Notes under the pieces: generated by a model
What the model was told of the DNA's origin: nothing
The model's input: only the letters and a program-made list of their open reading frames with translations
Database searches by the model: none
Program-made: the position numbers and the translations under genes
Assembly (NCBI GenBank): GCA_000708835.1
Contig: DF237061.1
Location: 1-64,000 of the forward strand
Direction of reading: 5' to 3'
Source: Klebsormidium nitens
Lineage: Eukaryota > Plantae > Klebsormidiophyceae
DNA: 64,000 nucleotides
Shown here: one piece after another, positions 59,553-64,000 of the stretch
Layout: each line of letters opens with the position of its first letter
Position numbering within the stretch: position 1 is the stretch's first letter

Positions 59553-60256
59553 GCTCGCAGCCATGCTGGTTGCAGCCGGGAAGGCTAGAAGGTATTTGCA
59601 TTCTGAGTTGTAGATCAGCCGAAGTCAAGCCACTGATGGCCGTTGGTAGAGCTTGAGGCGCACGCACTGGTATCAAGTGACCTGTCTTACCCTTCGAATT
59701 AAATCGATCACAAACATAAGCACGTTTTTGAACTGATTGTGGAGGCTTTCGTCCTGTAGCCTGGGCGAACTAGAAAGGTGCAGGTCTGTAGACAGTTTGA
59801 TCACTGGGAACGGCAGGTTGAGGTGTATATCAAATCGAAGTACACTCGTATCCCTCCGGGGGTGTAATGTATCATTTGGTGACAGCCATATTGAAAGAGA
59901 ACGGGAAAATGTTACGATTCAGTTTCAGGGTGAGGCGTCGGGCTGCGGTCACTTCAAGATTCCAATAAGGGGTCGGACATGCAAGCAGCCCATGCTCGCA
60001 TGCCTGCAATCTCAATCAACGTGTCACTGTGCATGGCCAACGATACATGTGCTCTATCGTCCGGGCTGTGCTAATAATACTCGTTGTAGCTGGTACTAGC
60101 ATCCAAAAAACATATAAGAGATCTGACATGTCGAAATATAACCATGTCTCGTAACTCTGATCATCGAAGGCTTCGTCGACCTCTTCATCATCCGGCTGCG
60201 TGCAAGCTTTGTATAACGAATAAAAGATCCTTTGCACAGATGGAAAATGGCAGTAA

Positions 60257-60642
60257 GGGTACCGTCACTTTGAAGTGGCACCCCCTTAGGTATTCTGTTG
60301 GGGGGGGGGGCTTGAGGCCTTTCACTTGGGGCGCAGCCCCACAGCCGGTTGTATATAGTGCAGAATCTTCTTTTTCATGCTATTTTATCCTCTTTTTGCC
60401 CATTCGTCCGAACATCCAGCCCTTGAACGCCACAAACATGCACTTTTCAATGTTAAAAAGAGGCAGAAATGTGTATACGACGGTGCTTTCTTCCAAGATT
60501 TTGGCCCGGTTGATGAAGGACTGGCTCGGGGCCTTGACCGTTTTTGTGATGACAAGGCCAGGAGGGGGGGGGGGCTTGGGACCCTTGAGCCAAAGTGCCT
60601 CTAAAATACCTTACCGGGTGCCACTTCAAAGTGACCGTGCCC
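60257..60642. mobile_element. 386-bp non-autonomous DNA transposon (Tourist/PIF-Harbinger-like MITE)
   Basis: Left end gggtaccgtcactttgaagtggcaccc; the reverse complement of the right end is gggcacggtcactttgaagtggcaccc (25/27 identical). TAA flanks both ends (60254-56, 60643-45). TAA/TTA target duplications are characteristic of PIF/Harbinger. Confidence 0.85.
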
Positions 60643-61002
60643 TAAGTGATCATGTTCGTTTTGACGCTGGCGTGCTTCTTGAAGTTCTTGCTATTAAGTG
60701 GCTCTCTCAGGCGGCCGCGAGTCTATCATGTCGCGGCCGCCGGCCGCGCTAAGTTGCACTGCCTGCCAGCGGTTCGGTTGGCTAGAGGCGCGCTGGCAGT
60801 TGGAACCCCCGCCGTAAATAGGGGTACAAGAATGGTGTTGCCCATACCCCCCTGAATGTGATTGGTTTTTCGGCTGGCCAATCAGATCCGACTGCCAGCA
60901 TCTAGAGGAAATGCGAAGCGTTCAATTGTCAAACAGCACGCTTGTCCACAGTTGGCATGAGAAGGAGAGGCGAACCTCTGTGAGAAGAGCTTTCTGGACG
61001 CC

Positions 61003-63879
61003 ATGGGGCCAACTCTGAAGCAGAGCCTGAGCATGGTGAGCCGCAATCCTGTCCACGGGCCCTCTGCCTTCCCTGCCTGGGCAAGGTCCGTGGGCGCCAC
61101 GCTTGATCACCACACGGTCCAGGAGGAGAAGGGGCTCAGCTCTACCGAGGTAGATAGCAGGCGCAAGTACTATGGCTACAACGAGTTGCACAAGGAGGAG
61201 CACGACTCGTGGTGGAAGTTGATCTGGGAGCAGTTTGAAGACACGCTCGTGCGGATCCTGCTCGTGGCGGCCGTTGTCTCGTTCGCGCTGGCCTACTTTG
61301 AGGACAACCCGCACGCGGAGGAGAAGAGCATCACAGCGTACATTGAGCCGCTGGTCATCCTGCTCATCCTCGCGATCAACGCGATCGTGGGGGTGTGGCA
61401 GGAGAGCAATGCGGAGAACGCTTTGGAGGCGCTCAAGGAGATGCAGTCGGAGCACGCCAAGGTGCTGAGGGACGGTCTTGTGATTCCAGATCTGCCAGCC
61501 AGAGAGCTGGTCCCTGGGGATATTGTCGAGATCAGGGTGGGGGACAAGGTGCCAGCTGACATGAGGCTCATACGACTGAAGACGTCAACTCTGAGGGTTG
61601 AGCAAGCGTCGCTGACGGGGGAGAGTGTCGCGGTGCTCAAGTCCACGCATGAGGTCCAGGAGGACGAGATTGAACTTCAGGTGCGTTGCTGACGAGAGAA
61701 CAAGTACCTCGTGAAATTTCCAGGTTTTGGTTCTCTGGTCAAGTTTATTGGATCATCACTCTGAGACTTGTTCCTATGAAGACACCAGAGAGTGATTGCT
61801 ACCACCACACACAAGGCAGTCCATATCAACTCTGGCAACCAACGTCCATCATTGTGGTCCTTCTGTTGGCACTCAATCAAACATTAGGGTTTTTGAGGTG
61901 ATTTTTAAGGGCTTGACCTTGCATCAATTTCCACTACCAAGTCAGCATCTCTTTTGTTCATCCTGGGCGCTTTGTGTCCGGCAGTTAAGTTTTTACCACT
62001 CTTTAAAAAGTTTGCATAGTGCCAGGTGGACGGTCAGCTCGCCGAAAGATGGTTTCTAGATAGACAGGTCCTTTGAAAAAGCAATCAAGCAGCCACTTTT
62101 GTCAAGTCGAAGAGGTGTGGTTGGCCTTCTGTCTTCAAGTGTACTCTGGCCAAGTGGGCGTAAAGGGCCAGATCACAGTCGTCAAACTAGTCCTTTCATG
62201 CCGTGTTCTTGAAGGATTTGCTTAATAGATCATTTGCAATGTAGTGATTCTGCGACAGCTCAAAGCTCCGATGTTGAGAGGAAGCAGCTGTCACTGGGTC
62301 AGAAGATTTGCTGCTCTGCAGGTTGAGTTCCACAGGAGAAGCACTTTTGGTCACCTCCTCAAAGGATTGCAGTCACTGACTGTTTTGGCTCTTCTGATGC
62401 AGGGCAAGGAGAGCATGGTATTCGCTGGCACGACTGTTGTGAACGGGACCGGTGTTTGTGTGGTCAACAGCATCGGGATGCAGACAGAGATAGGTCACAT
62501 CCAGGAGCAGATTCAGGCAGCTTCGGAGGAAGAGGAAGACACGCCTCTGAAGCAGAAGCTCGACCAGTTCGGCCAGACACTCACCAAAGTTATCGCAGTG
62601 ATCTGTATCCTAGTCTGGGTGATCAACTACAAGTACTTCATCTCGTGGGAGATGAAAGACGGGAGGCCGGTCAATATCACATTCAGCTTCGCAAAGGCAA
62701 CGTACTACTTCAAGATAGCTGTAGCTCTAGCAGTGGCGGCAATTCCGGAAGGCTTGCCAGCGGTGATTACCACTTGTTTAGCGCTCGGTACACGGAAGAT
62801 GGCCCAGAAAAACGCAATTGTAAGGAAGCTGCCTTCAGTGGAGACACTAGGCTGCACCACAGTGATCTGCAGTGACAAGACCGGCACGCTCACAACCAAC
62901 CAGATGTCTGTGGTCCACTTGGTAGCAGCTGGAGCTCAGCCAACTCAGCTCAGGGATTTCAACGTCACCGGAACCACGTACGACCCGGCCGGTGGAGCCG
63001 TGCAAGGTCTGCCAAGCGTTCTGGACCGCAATCTCCAGACAATCGCTGAGATCTGTGCGATCAACAACGAGGGGAGCATCGCGCTGTCAGGAAACGGGTT
63101 CAAGGCTGTCGGGTTGCCAACGGAGGCTGCTCTGAAGGTAAGGCCAAGGTTTGAGCGGCCGTCAGTAGGCTTTGAGCGGAGTTCCCTTCAAATTCACTCC
63201 TTGTGAGAAGCAGTAGAGTGAATATTCTGTTCATGTCACGAGAAGCGACAGCGTATGTACTGGTAGAAGTGCTTGAAAAGAGAACTGCTTCAGTGCTCAG
63301 ATGCGTGACCTGGACAACCTATATATTGACGATGTTGTTCACCTTGAAGCGCACCAATCTGACGCGGTGCCCTTCTGCTGTCAACCTCAAGGTACATGCT
63401 TGCCCTGCAGGTTTTGGTTGAGAAGATTGGGGTCCCTGACAATGGGATTCGGGCGCAAGTGGCAGCGAAGGGCAGTCCTCTTGGTAAGGCTTGGACCTCC
63501 TCCTCCCTTTTTATCAATAGTTAAGTGGCACAAAAGCCTTGAGCTTGCTCGCTTCTGTCAGTACTTTGCTCAGTGAATCTGAAGGGCTGGAAGAACCAAC
63601 ATGGCGGTATTCAAGATGGTCTCTGTCAAAAGCTTTGTTGAGATTCTCAACTGGTAGATTTCGACAGAAGGACTGCTGAGAAACGAGAAGAAATCGGTAC
63701 TGTTCGAGTCTGAGCAAGTCAAACAGCAGCTCATGGTTTCGTCCATGCCTGCAGGTTTCAGCGACTGGTGGTGCGGTCGATATGAGAAGCGAGCCACCTT
63801 GGAGTTCGACCGGATGAGGAAGTCTATGAGCGTGATTACCAATGCCGGGAAGGGGTCTCCTAACCGCTTGCTCGTGAAG
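61003..63879 (+). CDS. ECA: ER-type P2A Ca2+-transporting ATPase (SERCA/ECA-like), 5' partial; continues past window end
   Basis: Exons 61003-61680 (FPAWA...[12 protein letters not shown]...[18 protein letters not shown]...LTGES), 62403-63137 ([20 protein letters not shown]...[14 protein letters not shown]), 63411-63483, 63755-63879 ([12 protein letters not shown]). Confidence 0.97.
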
Positions 63880-64000
63880 GTAGGCTTCCTTTGCTTCCAG
63901 AGGTCAGGCAGCTCAACTTCAACCCTGCCAAGTCGTGCTTTTTTATAGTGGAAGGCTAGAGCGCAGCTCTCAGAGAGTCTGCAGGATTTTGAAGACTCAA

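Noticed and set aside
60922-61455. 177-aa minus-strand ORF (also 21820-22398, 36304-36900, 16468-16932 and similar)
   Set aside because: These are antisense shadows of GC-rich coding exons, with no recognizable motifs.

Overview
Intron-rich eukaryotic genomic DNA with GT-AG introns. The gene content is land-plant-like, which suggests a streptophyte alga such as Klebsormidium; this is an inference, not verified. Seven protein-coding genes can be supported: (1) condensin II subunit CAP-G2 (-); (2) a RAD5/RAD16-family SNF2-RING helicase (+, with a 437-N gap); (3) an unknown plastid/thylakoid single-pass membrane protein with 11-mer amphipathic repeats (-); (4) an ~18-LRR receptor kinase with a long N-terminal pro-region and a SEA-like juxtamembrane domain (+); (5) a Fringe/GT31-like glycosyltransferase (-); (6) an A-type cyclin (+); (7) the 5' part of an ER-type Ca2+ P-type ATPase (+). 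There is also a 386-bp Tourist/Harbinger-like MITE. The most striking unexplained structure is a recurrent set of splice-site 'echoes'. These are degenerate tandem copies of exon ends together with their splice site, lying in the adjacent intron. Acceptor copies sit upstream of the real acceptor and donor copies sit downstream of the real donor. They occur at eight or more loci, with up to 5 extra copies. Two apparent single-base frameshifts lie at G homopolymers and are probably assembly errors. All exon coordinates were read by eye; those marked ~ are approximate.
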